Part shown: positions 26,297 to 39,470 of the stretch, piece after piece
Layout of the letters: each line of letters begins with the position of its first letter
Numbering within the stretch: the stretch's first letter is position 1
Source of the DNA: Anthoceros angustus
Lineage: Eukaryota > Plantae > Anthocerotophyta
Direction: 5' to 3'
Length of the DNA: 64,000 bases
Assembly: GCA_010909165.1 (NCBI GenBank)
Contig: MU008160.1
Location: 806,001 to 870,000, forward strand
Program-made: the position numbers and the translations under genes
The notes under the pieces: generated by a model
What the model saw: only the letters and a program-made list of their open reading frames with translations
Database searches by the model: none
What the model was told of the DNA's origin: nothing

Positions 26297-26558
26297 TGAT
26301 GCCGGTGGTGACATCATGATGGGGTGATGATGTCTTGTGGTTGATGAAATATTTTATTAATTAAGGCACCTAGGAATCCCTAGAATTAAAATCATCTAAT
26401 TTTTAGGGCTAGAAGTAGTTACTTTATTTAGTTATTGGTGATATTAGTTACAACTACTTATAATCACCTCTACTTATAAACACTTGTACTTTTATCATTC
26501 TAAGCAATGCTACAAACATCTTTGAAGAAGTGTGTGATTTTCATCATGGTATGAGAGC
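26297..26558 (+). mobile_element. Orphan LTR (about 250 bp) plus PBS from a different, truncated LTR retroelement
   Basis: TGATG...CATCA termini followed by TGGTATGAGAGC (1 mismatch to the iMet PBS); no recognisable gag downstream. Confidence 0.5.
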
Positions 26559-29500
26559 ACCTTGTTTTTGATTCTGAGCATACCACTTGTTGCCTATAAA
26601 GGCATCAAATCCATAATGCATTTTCCACTCTAGATTATCTAATCTTCACATATGCACTTAGGAGATTTGTATTTCGGCGAATTGGATCATGCTCAATTTC
26701 ATATTTATATGATGCATAATTTGTGCATCCAATCCTTATCAATTCACCATGGATTCCACCAATCGTAGACAAGGATATTGGAGAAAATTCAAGACGCAAA
26801 ACATGAGAAACAATGTAAGGACCACCCATTAAACCAAAAGAAATTGGGTTCACGTGTTGAAGAAATAGAAGAAAACACGAATATTTGAAGCGGCCGAATA
26901 TAATGGGCCGCTTTAAAACCCGGGACCAATTTTAGATTCATTGTACAGTCCCAAAACCCATGATTCTTAATGTTCCTTGCCATGACGGAGTCTTGTTATC
27001 GCCTCGCTGCAATGGTCCGCTTTGGACAAAATTTTGCCTCTAGGTATGGTGCAGGTGGGCGCCGCATGCCGCCGCCTAAAAGAAACTCAACTTAACTAAT
27101 ATAAAAACTATAATTGATCTCGAACTCGCGATTCTATTAGCCGAGTTTTTACCACTTTACCAACTTTAGGAGACAACAAAATTTTATGATATAAATATAT
27201 ATCAATGAAGGTGCCAATATGCTAGCACCCTATGCTCTTATGCTCCTCCATAGGGCGCCTACGGCCCCTTAAATAGGTTTTCTATGAGCCGGTGCTGCTC
27301 CGCATTAACACTAGGGCTTACAACCACTTGTCCCGCACCCATGCACATTATGACTTACATATATTTTCGCTTGCGCAAGAGAATGAGAAAACACACCACC
27401 TTTCACACTTCCGATCACGACGCATTTTTGGTCGCTCACAAAGATGGTGTCCAACATACAAAAACGATTCAATTGCTATGACCTCAGAGAAAGATAGTCG
27501 CGCTACACGGAGCTCGAGAATAGGGAAGAAACTTGGCCGTGTCATGTCTCTTCTCCTCCGATTCAAGTGAAATTTGAGATCATGAATATTAGGGCATGGG
27601 TAATTTCAAACGCGGTTTAGAAAACCTTTGAAATTTAAAATAATTTCCATGATTTTGAGTTCAAGTGTACAAATTATTAGAATAAGGGAATTTAAACCAA
27701 ACCAATCATCTATCACTTTTACAACACAAACTATGCTCTCATTTCGATACATATTACCTATTCCTACACAACATGAAAAGTTAAAAGAAGACTTGAACCA
27801 AGACCTCTTCCAACTTTCAAAGCTTACCACTCCATTAACTTTCCCACACATAAATATTGGAAGCAAAGTATATGTTGAATGAGGGCGCATGCCCTTCTCA
27901 TTCTTCTTCTTCTTCATCATGCCCTTATGCTCCCCATGCTCCTTGTTTTTGATAGCCCGAGAAGCCATCACGGTTCGTGGTTTCTTAGCCACTAGCCTAG
28001 GGTGTCTAACCGATGTTGAGCAACCGAGAAGCCATTACGGCTCGTAGTTTCGCGAAGGAGTGTTTGTTGATCCAAGATTGCCAAAGGTTATGAATCTTGG
28101 CGGCATGCCGCCCAATGCACGTAGCCTTTGAGCATGATTGGTGCGATGCGCCTAGGTGTGTCACTTACGGTGTTTAGGGTCTTCACCCGCTATTGTACAC
28201 AATGACATCGACCGTTCCGGATTGGATGTATAGCACGCATATAGAAATAGCCGATGCATTCCCTTCGCCGCGCAGATGGTCGCCCATGTTCATCATCGTT
28301 GTTTAACGAATGGCATGCACTAACGACATGGGCATCATTTCCATTGAAAACAATGGTCTACCTATAGGTCAAACCTTCGCTACCATTGTAAGCCGCTAAA
28401 GATATAAAATTTCACGACACCCTAATTGTGTGCCTTCTTGCAGGTATGCTCAAATACACATTTCAATGCCCATCGAAAACCCCTGCTTCATGATATATTC
28501 ACGCCAAAAGCCGCTTGATGTATATTCAGCCGCTTCAAATATTATGCCGTTAGAAGTTTCAAAACAGGTTTGTAATTCCATTGGATCAATTTTGATTAAA
28601 TCAACTTATCAAGCAAATCTAATCAAAAGTGCTAGACAACGCTTGCTTACATCTTTTAGTCTAGTGCAAGTTGAGTACATCGAATTAGCTCTTCAACATA
28701 TTCCTAATCCAAGTGCTGGCCCTATATAGCTCCTAATTTTAACACAAATCAGCATAGCATCAATTCCATCAAATCAAATATAAAACAAATTCAAGTTTTT
28801 CCTGAAGACAAATTTGCTTTACTAATAAGTGAAATTTGTGATCTTATGAGGGTGAGAGGGGAGGGCGAGGTGGGAAAGCCTTGGGTTTTGCTCTATCCTG
28901 CTACTACCGGGTATGTCTCGTATGGGTCCGACCAGAGTGGTGGCAAGGCTTGGCAGGTTACGAAGTGTACGCGGGAAGTACGATGCAAAGGGATGTAGTG
29001 GGACTGAGACCCAAGTTGAGGTGTGAGGGAGTGGATCTAGGAGAGGACGTGGCTCTAATGATGCGGAGGATTGTGGTGCATGCCACTGACGTGGGAGAGA
29101 GAGGGCTTAGGTGAGAAACTCCTCAAAAGGGTGAGCTCCTGAAACTCCACTACCGAGTACGGATCTTGGGGAAAAGGCTGCACGAGAGGTGTGGGAAGTA
29201 GGTTGGGGATGGCCTGAATTTGGGCAACGTGGCACCTTGGCTGTCATAACAATATTGTAGATTGTAAATGTGTCTCGGTGGATTAATGGAAGATGATGAA
29301 ATGTTTGTTGAGTCAGGAGTGAGTTGCTCTAGGCGAGAAACTCCCCAAAAGGGTGAGCTCCCAAAACTCCACTACTGAGTATAGATATGGAGGAAAAGGT
29401 TGCACGGGAAGGGGCACGGTGAGTGCTGAGTAGAGATTAGGGGTAATGTGTGTGCGAAAGTTGTCGGGCACTATGTGTGCAGAGAGTTATACGACATGGT

Positions 29501-30128
29501 ACGGCTTCACTAACCTCCTCTGGTTTGTGTCACCTTATGATGTAACTGCAGGTGTGAGCCACACCTGGAATGGTACATCGGTAATAACTCCAAAGACGCC
29601 CCTCACCTTGTCGACGACGTCCCTAGCGGCCCCCCTAAGGACGTCCTAGGAAACAACGTCGTGGGGTGTGTGATGGGAGGAGAGAGAGTAGTTAGAGAGG
29701 AGTCACCCCCTTCCCCTCCCTTAGGTTAGGAGCTGAGTAGATGTTGTGTGTGTGTGTATGTGCTTGAGATGGTTTGTTGATATTTTGCAGAGAATGGTCC
29801 ATAGTAGGCACAAAGTACGATCCCCTAGGAACGAATACTACAACAGAACATGGGGATCAATGTGACCCCACTATTGGGATCCAATTGGTGACTTCACATG
29901 GGAGAGCCCATCCACCAGAGGATGAGACCCCGAGAGTCGTGGCCAAAAAGAGCAACTAAGCTCCCCACCTGAAATCTCTTTTTGCACTAGCAAAATGGCC
30001 CTACCAGCCTAAATACCTAAATATTTAGTTAATTTCATTAATTATTTTTCTACATTAGTAACTACATGACTCATCGAGAAACAAATCTAATTATTATTAA
30101 GCGTAAGCAAGAAATGGCTCGGTAGATC

Positions 30129-30294
30129 TGTTGGAAATAAAGCCAACATTAAGTATAAGGGTTTCTTTAGGTTAAACATACGTGAACCATTTTTAGGGTT
30201 TAGTATATAAACAATACACACATACAATTTTGTAACCATTATTTCATTATTTGAAATCAAGCTTTGTCGAGCCAAACCGCCTCTCCAAATTACA
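30129..30294 (+). repeat. Copia 5' LTR, copy 2; PBS TGGTATCGAGC at 30295-30305
   Basis: Matches 2829-2996 apart from indels at the 3' end. Confidence 0.95.
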
Positions 30295-30334
30295 TGGTAT
30301 CGAGCCAAATGCTCTCTATTTTTCTCAAGACATA

Positions 30335-31080
30335 ATGCCTCGGGTAGATCCTGCGATCGACGTCAACAGAGGAGGCTACAAAACTCAAGTCGAGTCCTTG
30401 CTGCTAGCGTTTTGGATTTGTACGAGGCCAACTACCCCGACGCATGCCAGGTTGCTAGAAACTCGTGCAAGTTCCAGAGGCTGATTAGGCTGCGATTGAG
30501 AACCTCGTGGAGTAGATTCTCTCACCGGCCTCGGTGCATTGCTAGGAACCACCGATCCTCGCCACAACCATCGGGTCAATCAGCCGAAGGAGTCAACACT
30601 TTCAGCCTCTTCTCCTGACACCCCTGAATTTGGTCCTATTGCTGATTGGGAGTTGCGAGCCTTTGGAGAAGTCTGCAATCACCCAAATTACAAGAGGACG
30701 CTTAGGTGGCTGAAGGGAGAAACATCTGCAGAAGACGACGCAATTGCTGCAGAAAAATCTACTTCATACAAGAAACGAGTAGAGAAATTGGCTGCAGAAA
30801 AGCAAATTTCAGTTGAGGTTCCTGTTGGGACTTCCATTGAAAAACTCCTGTTCAATCAGCACATCTTGAGAGACGGTGTTGCTCGCCTGCAAGTCTGCAT
30901 TGACACACAAATTTCCAGAATTGATAGAAATATCTCGGAGATTGCTGGAATGATGCGTGCGATGGATCTTGGTCAAGGATTCTCCACAGAGTTCTTGCCA
31001 GCGAGCGGAGACTCCATCCTGTGACCTCGCTCACCGGCGGGAGCGCTGGAGATGCGAAATGGCGATGGATCGCATGACTT
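30335..31080 (+). CDS. Extra ORF upstream of gag, copy 2 (frameshifted)
   Basis: ORF-track peptides 30412-30618 and 30539-31024 match the copy-1 peptides. Confidence 0.6.
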
Positions 31081-31477
31081 TTGGCGTTGATCCAAGCGCC
31101 AATTGTGTTGTCAATTCTTGGCTTGCTTTGGTGCCTTTGCATGAGATTGGTCCGTCAACTGACATGTCTGTTCATAAACCCAAGAAATGTCGGTTAGAAA
31201 CCCTAAGTAAAGAACTCAAACGATACTTTTGAAAGGTTGTGTCCCTTCTCACACTTACACCCTTTCACGTATCCAGGAAGTTGGATGAGGGAGCTAGCCT
31301 GTGAAGGATTGAATACACTTGTATCCATCCCCTCTCAGGTTGTCTCCCCCAACTAACCCCCGACACGCATCGTTAGTATCATGAGCATCTTCTAGGGACA
31401 ATTACATCGGAGCATAACTAACCTCGCTATTTTTCCTCTTGAACCATAGTTTTGAAAGGGACTTAGCTGGTTTACGC

Positions 31478-34400
31478 ATGTCCGATACTGAAAGTGCACA
31501 TAGTGCATCTGACATCAGCCTAGGTGCAGTCCTAGATCCATCAGATCGTAGCTCCACCTCGTCGGAGGGGGAAGAGGACCTGCAGGCTGCTAATATATCC
31601 AATTTCTGGAATTTTCTACCAATTGTACCTGTCACAAGCACACAAACCATGGCTACAGGTCCATCTTTCACATCAGAATTGAAAGAGAAGGACAGGTTTA
31701 ATGGGAAACTGTACCATGTTTGGAAGGTACGCATGAAAGCTCCCGATAGCTAGGGAGTCCGGAGTGTTGTGGTGGGAGTTTTCGAGCCTAGTTTCTCAAA
31801 CCGTACCAAGTATAGATAAGTGGACAGCTCACAATGAAGTTATTGTTGCCATTATCAATGGCTTGATACCCTTCTTGTTCCTCGGCGTGGACTACCGAAC
31901 AAGGGCATCGAGATCCTGAATCACCGAGAAAACCTATCGTCACTAATATCATGACCAAATGTGTGTGGCAAGAGTTTTATGCTCTTAGGATGAAAGACGG
32001 AGAAAATGTGGGCATTTACCAAGAAATTTCGGCCACCTCCGTGCAAATTGCTTCCTACAACTACAAGATTGAGGAGGAACACGTGGTTCATTGAGCAGCC
32101 TTGCCCGCCCCTCACTCCAACAGCTTGTCAATTCCTACAATGGTCCTTTGTGTACCTCAAAGCTGTCCATCGCCGGTAATGCAAGCACCCTCACCGTCGA
32201 CGACATAGTGGCGGCATCGAGGAGCAGAGCCGGTTGTTTTACAACAAACACAAAGACCAATCGTAGAGTGTTAGTGGCTAAGGTCAGACCCAACAAATCG
32301 AAGGGGAAACCCACCACTAACACAGGTCACGATACGTCCACAAAAAGGACTGGCAATTGCAATTGGTGTGGAGCTCCCGGCCATTGGGCATGGGATTGTC
32401 GCAAGAAAAAGGCCGGGGAGCCCCAACGCCAACAATCTGCAAAACAATCTGCCAGTGTGGCCGTGAAGGAGAAAGTTGACAATTCAAAAGATACTGTGAA
32501 GATTCTCACTGTCTGCCTGACCAGCACGTTGCATGATGCTGGAGAGTGGTATCTCGATTCCGGAGCTACCACTCACATATGCAACGACAAGAATTTGTTC
32601 TCCAAGTTGACCCTGCGTCACATGAAGGACAAAGTCCTGTTAGGGGACGAGAGGAGTGACACCAGCCTTCGAGTTGAGGGACATAAGATGTACCTTCTCT
32701 TTTTCAATGACGGCAAGATATCGAGGAGTGCTATATGTGCTTGATGGCGAAGAACCTCTTGTCGATGAGTAAGCTCATGCATGCGCATGTATGAGATGCG
32801 TATGGTTGATGATGCCTGCCGCTTCTATAGAAAATCTTCACCTAACATCTCAGATTTAGAGGTGTCCTCGATCATGACCTCGTATAAAGCTAGAGCCGGA
32901 AGTTCTTTCAAGGCCCACAAGCCATGCGCTGCATACACGGTCAACATGAATGCTAGTCGCCTTGCATCTTTGTGGCATGCTCGCTTAGGCATGCTAACCG
33001 AATAAACCGATTGACATGTCCAATCTCGCCTCGTCATAGGGAGCTCCTTACCTAGTTGTTTTAAAGAGTTGCCCGATGTGAGGCATGTATTCTTGCAAAA
33101 GAGGAGCTTCCTTTCCGGAAAACTGCACATAGAGCCACCAGAGTTTTAGAGCTTGTACATGCAGATATTTCAGGAAAAATCCATACACCCTCTTTAGGAG
33201 GAGCCCTCTATTACCTGACTTGATGTATGACTTTAGCTGCACTTTGGACCTTCCCATGCACCGAAAGTGACACCATTAGTTACTTTAAGGACGGTTACCC
33301 AAGACAACGTCCCGTTGTACCGAAAATCCTTCAGTGATAATGGCAATTAATTCAACCATGAGTTCGGAGTACTTATCTCGAAAGCAGGTATCCAATGGCA
33401 CTCATTGTTCCTTATACCCAATGCAGTAATGGTGTGAGCGAAAAAACCGCACCTTAGGGATGACTAGGAGAGCGCCGAGGTGTCTAGTGAACAGGTGTTT
33501 ACCTCTGAATATCGGGCGAGGCAAGTGGTCACCCACGCACTATCTTGAATCGTGTCACCAGCCTGCTAAAGGGAAGACACCATTTGAAGTATTCTCGCAT
33601 AGAAACCCACCGCTTCACTTGCGTGTGGCTCCAAGGCTTTTGCATATATCCCGCACCAAAGAGAAAGAAGTTAGAGAATCGAGCTCAGATCGATTCATCG
33701 GCCAAGTGAAAATGTGAAGGCCTATAAGTCAGATGACCCCGACACGATGTACATTGTCCTTGAGTGTTACCTTCCTAGAGGCTATCAATCTTGTCACAAC
33801 CGACCCCTCAGCAGTTTCATTTTGGGAGGAGATTCGTGAGGAGGCACCGACATCACACCTTCCCTACCGATGACACACAACCCCAAAGAATTGTTCCTCC
33901 AGCAGCCCCATCCTCCGAGTTGCCCCTCGCAGACTGTGGTGACATCCTTCATTACGATCCTCCCTCGATCTTGAAGACCTTCCGAGGACGCATCGACCGA
34001 TCCTCGCCGATGGCCGCCGATCTGTTACTGATGATGTTCTCGATCCAGATCCAGCCAGGAGCTCGCCCGCTCTCGCCGGTCAACACGGCTGTGCCACCTC
34101 CGATCAATGGCGGAGCCCTGCCACGCCCGCGGATTTTCACACGCCGGGCCGCATACGGAGCCACTGTTGATATTCTTCCTGCAGAGGAACCTTCTTCCTA
34201 CCAAGCAGCACTTGATGGCCCTGATTGCTCCAAATGGCAAGAGTGGAGGAGGAGTATCGCTCTTCTTAAAACAAGACTTGGACACTTGCTGACCTACCAC
34301 CAGGGCGTAAAGCCATCTCGTGCAAATGGGTTTTCAAATTGAAGCTGAATGCCAAAGGGGAAATTGCCCGATACAAAGCCAGGCTTGTGGCTAGGGGCTT

Positions 34401-35560
34401 TACCCAAGTGGAGGGTCTGGACTATCAGGAAACTTTTTCACCTGTGGTCCGTTCTCAGTCCATTCGCGTTCTGCTGGCCCTCGCTGCAGAGCTCGATCTT
34501 GATCTCCAGCAAATGGACGTATGCACTGCATTCTTGTATGGGGATCTTGATGAGGACCTGTACATGTGCCAACCAGAGGGCTATCAGGATCCAGAAAACC
34601 CTAACAAAGTCCTAAAATTATTAAAGTGCATTTATGGACTTAAGCAGAGCGGGAGGGTATGGTATATTACCATGCATGTTTACCATAGCATCTCTTTGTG
34701 CGAGCAGATTCAATGTATACAGGAGCAGGAACCGATTTTGTCGTGCTTGCCCTGTATGTGGATGATGTTATCCTCGCAACTAACAGCCAGACGTTGTTAG
34801 CAAAGGTAAAGCACATGCTCAGCACAAAGTTTGACATGAAAGACATTGGGGAGCTGAAATATTGCCTAGGAGTAAAGATTATTAGGGTCAGATCCGAAGG
34901 CCTACTCATCATATATCAGCACAAATATATAAATGATATTTTGCGCAAATTTAAGTTGGATGAGGCTAGGCCTGCTACAACACCCTACTCCACAAGGATG
35001 AAACTCACCAGTCTTCATTGCCCACAGTCTGAGGAAGAGTCCCGCGATATGCAGCATGTACCTTATAGGCCGTTGGGGAGCTGATATTTGTTGCTAATCG
35101 ACACGCCCGGACATTCGATTCTAGCACAAGATTCTCGCCTCGGAAAACCCCCGTAATGCATTGGTCAGCTGTTAAGAGAATCTTCAGATATCTCAAAGGC
35201 ACTCATTGCTATGGGCTCTGCTACAGAGGGAGCGGAAAACAAAAGCTTACCTTGACAGGCTTCACTGATGCCGACTGGGCATCTGATAGTGATTCGAGGA
35301 AGAGCTTATCCACTTATTGTTTTTTGCTCGCCTCTGCTGCAGTCAATTGGTCGTGTAAGAAACAATCTTCTATAGCCCTGTCTTCCACAGAGGCGGAATA
35401 CAAATCACTGATAGATGCATCTAAAGAGGCAGAGTGGGAGAGGAGCTTCCTACATGACTTGGATCAAGCACAGGAAGGACCTACCTCAATATTGTGTGAC
35501 ACCATGTCAGCCCTGGCCCTAGTAGCAAATCCCAGATTCCACGCCCGCACTAAACACATT
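31478..35560 (+). pseudogene. gag-pol: Copia gag-pol, copy 2, interrupted in RNase H by the CACTA element
   Basis: Same domains as copy 1; GFTQVEGLDYQETFSPV, GFTDADWASDSDSRKS and RFHARTKHI, followed by the TIR. Confidence 0.95.
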
Positions 35561-35589
35561 CCCTACTAGAAAAGGCAGCCTATGTTACA
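35561..35589 (+). repeat. Left TIR
   Basis: CCCTACTAGAAAAGGCAGCCTATGTTACA. Confidence 0.95.
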
Positions 35590-36389
35590 GTCGTTATTGC
35601 AATTTCATGTAACACTTCCAGATTGCAACATGTTATTTAGGCTTGGTATTAAGGTTGACACTATTCCCTTCTCCTGCTGTCACCATCTTAACATGAACCT
35701 GGCTCTCTCTCTCATCACCTCTCCCTCCTAAGTACAACATCCCTCTCGCTAGCATTGTTTATGATTTCAAACATATACAATGAAAACTTGCTTATGTTAT
35801 AGTCCTTTATTACAATTTCATGTAACACTTTCCATGTGGTACACCCAAAAAGTTAGGTGGCTTGGTGTTAAGTTTGTGATTTTCCTCCACCTTCTCTCAC
35901 CATCTTAACAACATGCAAGTGGTCTCTTGACCTTACACCTCGCCATTAAGAGCTTATCATCAAGTTTGTTGGTTTGGTGTTAAGTTTGTGATTTTGTTTT
36001 CCACTTTCTCTTACCATCTTAACAACATGCTCTGGTCTCACCTTTCACCTCACACTCCTAGTTAATGCTCCAGATGACACCCATTTCTTTATTGTTTCCC
36101 TCTTGTGTTGCCATATGATTGTGACAATGAGCTCCCCTCTCCCACCGATTTTATTCTTCCTTCTTGCTTTTCCTACATAGCAATTACCAAGAACTCTATC
36201 TCCCTAGGTATCATTCTCTTTCCATCTTCCCTCTTCAATGCACCCTATGTCCACACCGGTTTTCTTTTCAAGCCCCATATACACATCAAACCCTTGTTAA
36301 CCTAATTATGTATAGTAGGATTCTACATTATTTATATGTCCATTTATATATACGGTTGTGGCCGATGTATTCAGATAATCCTATACATG

Positions 36390-36392
<3 letters not shown>

Positions 36393-36430
<38 letters not shown>
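36393..36430. repeat. (AT)19 microsatellite at the right boundary of the segmental duplication
   Basis: Direct reading; copy 1 has only a short TA run at about 9190. Confidence 0.98.
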
Positions 36431-36432
<2 letters not shown>

Positions 36433-36579
36433 AATACATACTTTATGTATAGGTACAAATTCATAGATATCTAACCATGCCATAGTTATAAGTATACACC
36501 TCATAGATTAATAAATACCTCATCACATTTACCACCAAATGCATACGCGCATGCTTTTCAAACGCCCCATTTGTGCGTT

Positions 36580-37620
36580 TTCCCTATCTAGACTTCAATA
36601 CGAATACGCGGCTTGCAAGACATATGCCATAGTTTTCGGGTTCATTCCACAACCTAAAACATATCAAGGACAATGTAAACGCTACGTAACTATGGAATGC
36701 CGCTCTGTGTGGCGGTGCTATGAGGCCGATCTCCTTCATCCGCTCGCGGATCGACCGACCCCCTCGACGCACTACCAATCAAGCGTGTTGCCATCGCCCA
36801 CAAGCACTCTCCACCAGCCACGCTACGCGATGGCGGCGATTTGTGAATGTCCTCGCATGCGCTTGCGCGTGTTTCATTTGCCGCTTGCTCCCGCTTTGCA
36901 CAACCGCAAGAAAGGAACTGCATCAAAATCCACGAGCGTCCACAAAGACAAATCAATCCAGCTTATTGCCGGACATGGACTTGCACATACCACATGTCGG
37001 CAAGACCATACTCTTCACCATCCGAGTCTCGACCTCCTCGCATCTTCAATAGCTGCCTTTTGCTCGACCTTTGGCCTAGCACCTCGCCTGCTTTCTCCCG
37101 CTCATGTCGACCTTTGAGCGCCGGCATTCGAGCCACTAACCTCCACGCTCGTGCCTTGCACTCCCGGCCCCATAGGCTGCATATTCACCGTGAAGTTACA
37201 TTAGGCAAAATGATCCGTGCATTCAATTCATCCCCGCCATTGCCACCAAACTCACACTTTTGGAGATCTTGTGATTCGCCTTGTGGGTGGCAACACACTC
37301 ACGCCTCCACCTTCCACACCATCCCCACCGCCTCCGACATCACGAGTGTGATGCCCTCCTCGTTCCACCTTCCCTTCCCTTCCCCTGGGACATGCTATGG
37401 TTCCTTCCATCTTTTCGTGCCCTTCACCGCACATTATTTTCCTTCTCCTTCGACCGCAGCCATGCACACACATCGCCATCGCTCACAGCCTTCATGTCCT
37501 ACATGCGCACTTTTTGACCACTAGCTATTCAACCAAGGCCCCGATCTATCGCCATACCACTCGAGTCCCGCATGCTCCAATCCATGTTTCGCAGCCCATT
37601 TCAACTCTTGTCTGCTGCGC
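36580..37620 (-). pseudogene. Possible PIF/Harbinger-type DDE transposase remnant inside the CACTA
   Basis: Minus-strand fragments in the expected order: IASG (HTH-like), MEGTI (DGTH-like), FTVNMQ, FVDARGF, RTFTNRRHRVAWLVESACGRW (FN..H...R..VE.AFG.W-like), AAFHSYV (LHN-like). Recognised by eye across frameshifts only. Confidence 0.4.
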
Positions 37621-38919
37621 CCTTCCCCACCTGAACATACCTTCTCTCGAACTCTTTTGCTCCCATGGGACCAAATGGATTGGTCCCATGCTCGTTTTGC
37701 AAGTCGAGTTGCCCGCTTGTTGTGGGGTTGGCCACACACCACCGTGTGCAACGCACCACCGCTTGCTCACCGCCTCCACGCCTTGGTGCCGACGTCGGAG
37801 GTGCAGCCATTTCGCATCTTTCCCTTCTCCTCCAAATAACCGCACCGCACCTTCTTGCCAACGCGGTTTCTTGTCCGCCAAGCCCCTGCAAACCCGGACA
37901 CGATATCCTCGCGATCTACACTAGGGAACTGTACTCTACCTTCCTCACCTGTCCCTCAAAGTCTCGCCGTGGTCGGACCATGGTACCATCAATTCCGACA
38001 CTAGCTCCAACACGCCACCTGGAAGGCCTTCCGACCGCCTCCTCGTCGATGGGCTCTTCCTCCTCATCTTCATTCTCCACCCACCCTCCATCACACACTG
38101 CTCACCATGTAAACCCCACGACCATGCATGCACAACACGGCAATGATGTCGTCAAGTGGCTTACCGCCAACTTTTCTCGCTCCCCTATCTCTCCCGCTGT
38201 CAATGTTGTCGGTAGGTCCTCGCCCACCTCTTCACCAGCCATTTCCCCTCCGCCTCCCTCCGCCACCATCCTCGGCCGGTGGTGTCCTCTCGCCTCGGCC
38301 TCACCCCATGTGTGGTGTTTCGTGGCCTCCCTCCTCCCCGGGCCGCTCAGCAATATCAACTCCAAAGGCCGCACTTTGCGCTCTTCAAAAGACCCTCCGC
38401 CCGCCTCCTTGAGTCCTCCATGGTCACAAAAATAAGCTCTTCTAGAAGAGCCCTATTCTCCTCCCGCCATCCGTGAGGTGCGTCCTCGCAAGCTCCCGCC
38501 GCCTCCACATGCCCGCTGTCCGGGCCAAGGCCTCACCTCCTGCAATTTGCACTTTCACGCGTGAGGGCCTCCTTTCAAAGTCCAGGTCACTGGGCAGGCC
38601 TCCCCACCCACATTTCCCTGCACCGCCCACGGCAGCGCAATGAGGAACGGTTGCCGCCTCCTCCTCATCCAACACCTTCCACGGCCAAGCAGGCCCTCCC
38701 TCCCACAAGCCTTCCATGTCCATCGCTCCGAAGGACCCTCCCAAGTCCACTCCCGCCGGGCAGAGAGGCGACATACTGCTGGTGCCTCCTGGTACCACGA
38801 GCCATGCGGACATGCCACGGCTCCTCCACGGTTCGCCCGCGCACCCACCTGTGTCCGCATGGCATGCCCCATGCCGCTTTTGGCGGCGGACACCCGTCAC
38901 CTCTTTGAACGAAGCTCCC

Positions 38920-39470
38920 ATGTCCCCATGCTTCACATATATAGCCCGCAATGTGCAATACCGTGACCCAAGGACGAAATTGGTAACAATGCTCGGATGC
39001 CCATGTGCCAAGGATGTTGTATGGTCATTCATGCCGCCATGGCCCGCTCAACATGCGCCACACGGACGAACAACACGTCCGAATCGTGGTTTTACCTTCA
39101 TGTCGAGCCATAATGCGTGCCACCGGCTCCAAAGACGCACGCCGCCCCTGCGGCGCACACCCGACCTACCTGCTCAAGCGCCATGTCCCCTGCTTCATAT
39201 ATAGCGGCAGATTTGAACGCCTTCGTGACCGGCGGACAATTTGGCGATGCTTTGGATGCCCATGGGTGAATGGTGTTGTCCGTGTGTCGGGCCATGGCTC
39301 GCACCCTAGCCATGCCGCCTTTTCCGGCGCACACCTCGTCTTTTGTTCGTTGGCATGTCCCCATACTGTATATATAGGCGGGCGATGAATGATAATTCGA
39401 CCCCAAGGACTAATTTGGCAACTTGCGGATGCCCATGGGCCATGGATGTTGTTGGTTTGTGAGTTGAAAA
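38920..39470 (+). repeat. Three degenerate dispersed repeats
   Basis: atgtcccc..ct....tatatag...g...aatt(t)gg.....ct.ggatgcccatg at about 38920, 39183 and 39355. Confidence 0.7.

Larger units (their letters stand above)
27385..36392 (+). repeat. Segmental direct repeat, copy 2
   Basis: Colinear with 1-9190; its true left boundary cannot be seen because copy 1 starts at the window edge. Confidence 0.95.

Noticed and set aside
24982-26297. ORFs of 60-136 aa in the AT-rich interval
   Set aside because: No recognisable domain; low-complexity, hydrophobic antisense-type composition.
37664-37690. Perfect 11-bp hairpin CATGGGACCAA-atgga-TTGGTCCCATG as a Helitron end or terminator
   Set aside because: There is no CTRR terminus at the expected distance on either strand, and it is an isolated feature.
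37720-37750. WCVANP peptide resembling the start of an X8 domain
   Set aside because: The remaining cysteine pattern is absent; probably a chance match.
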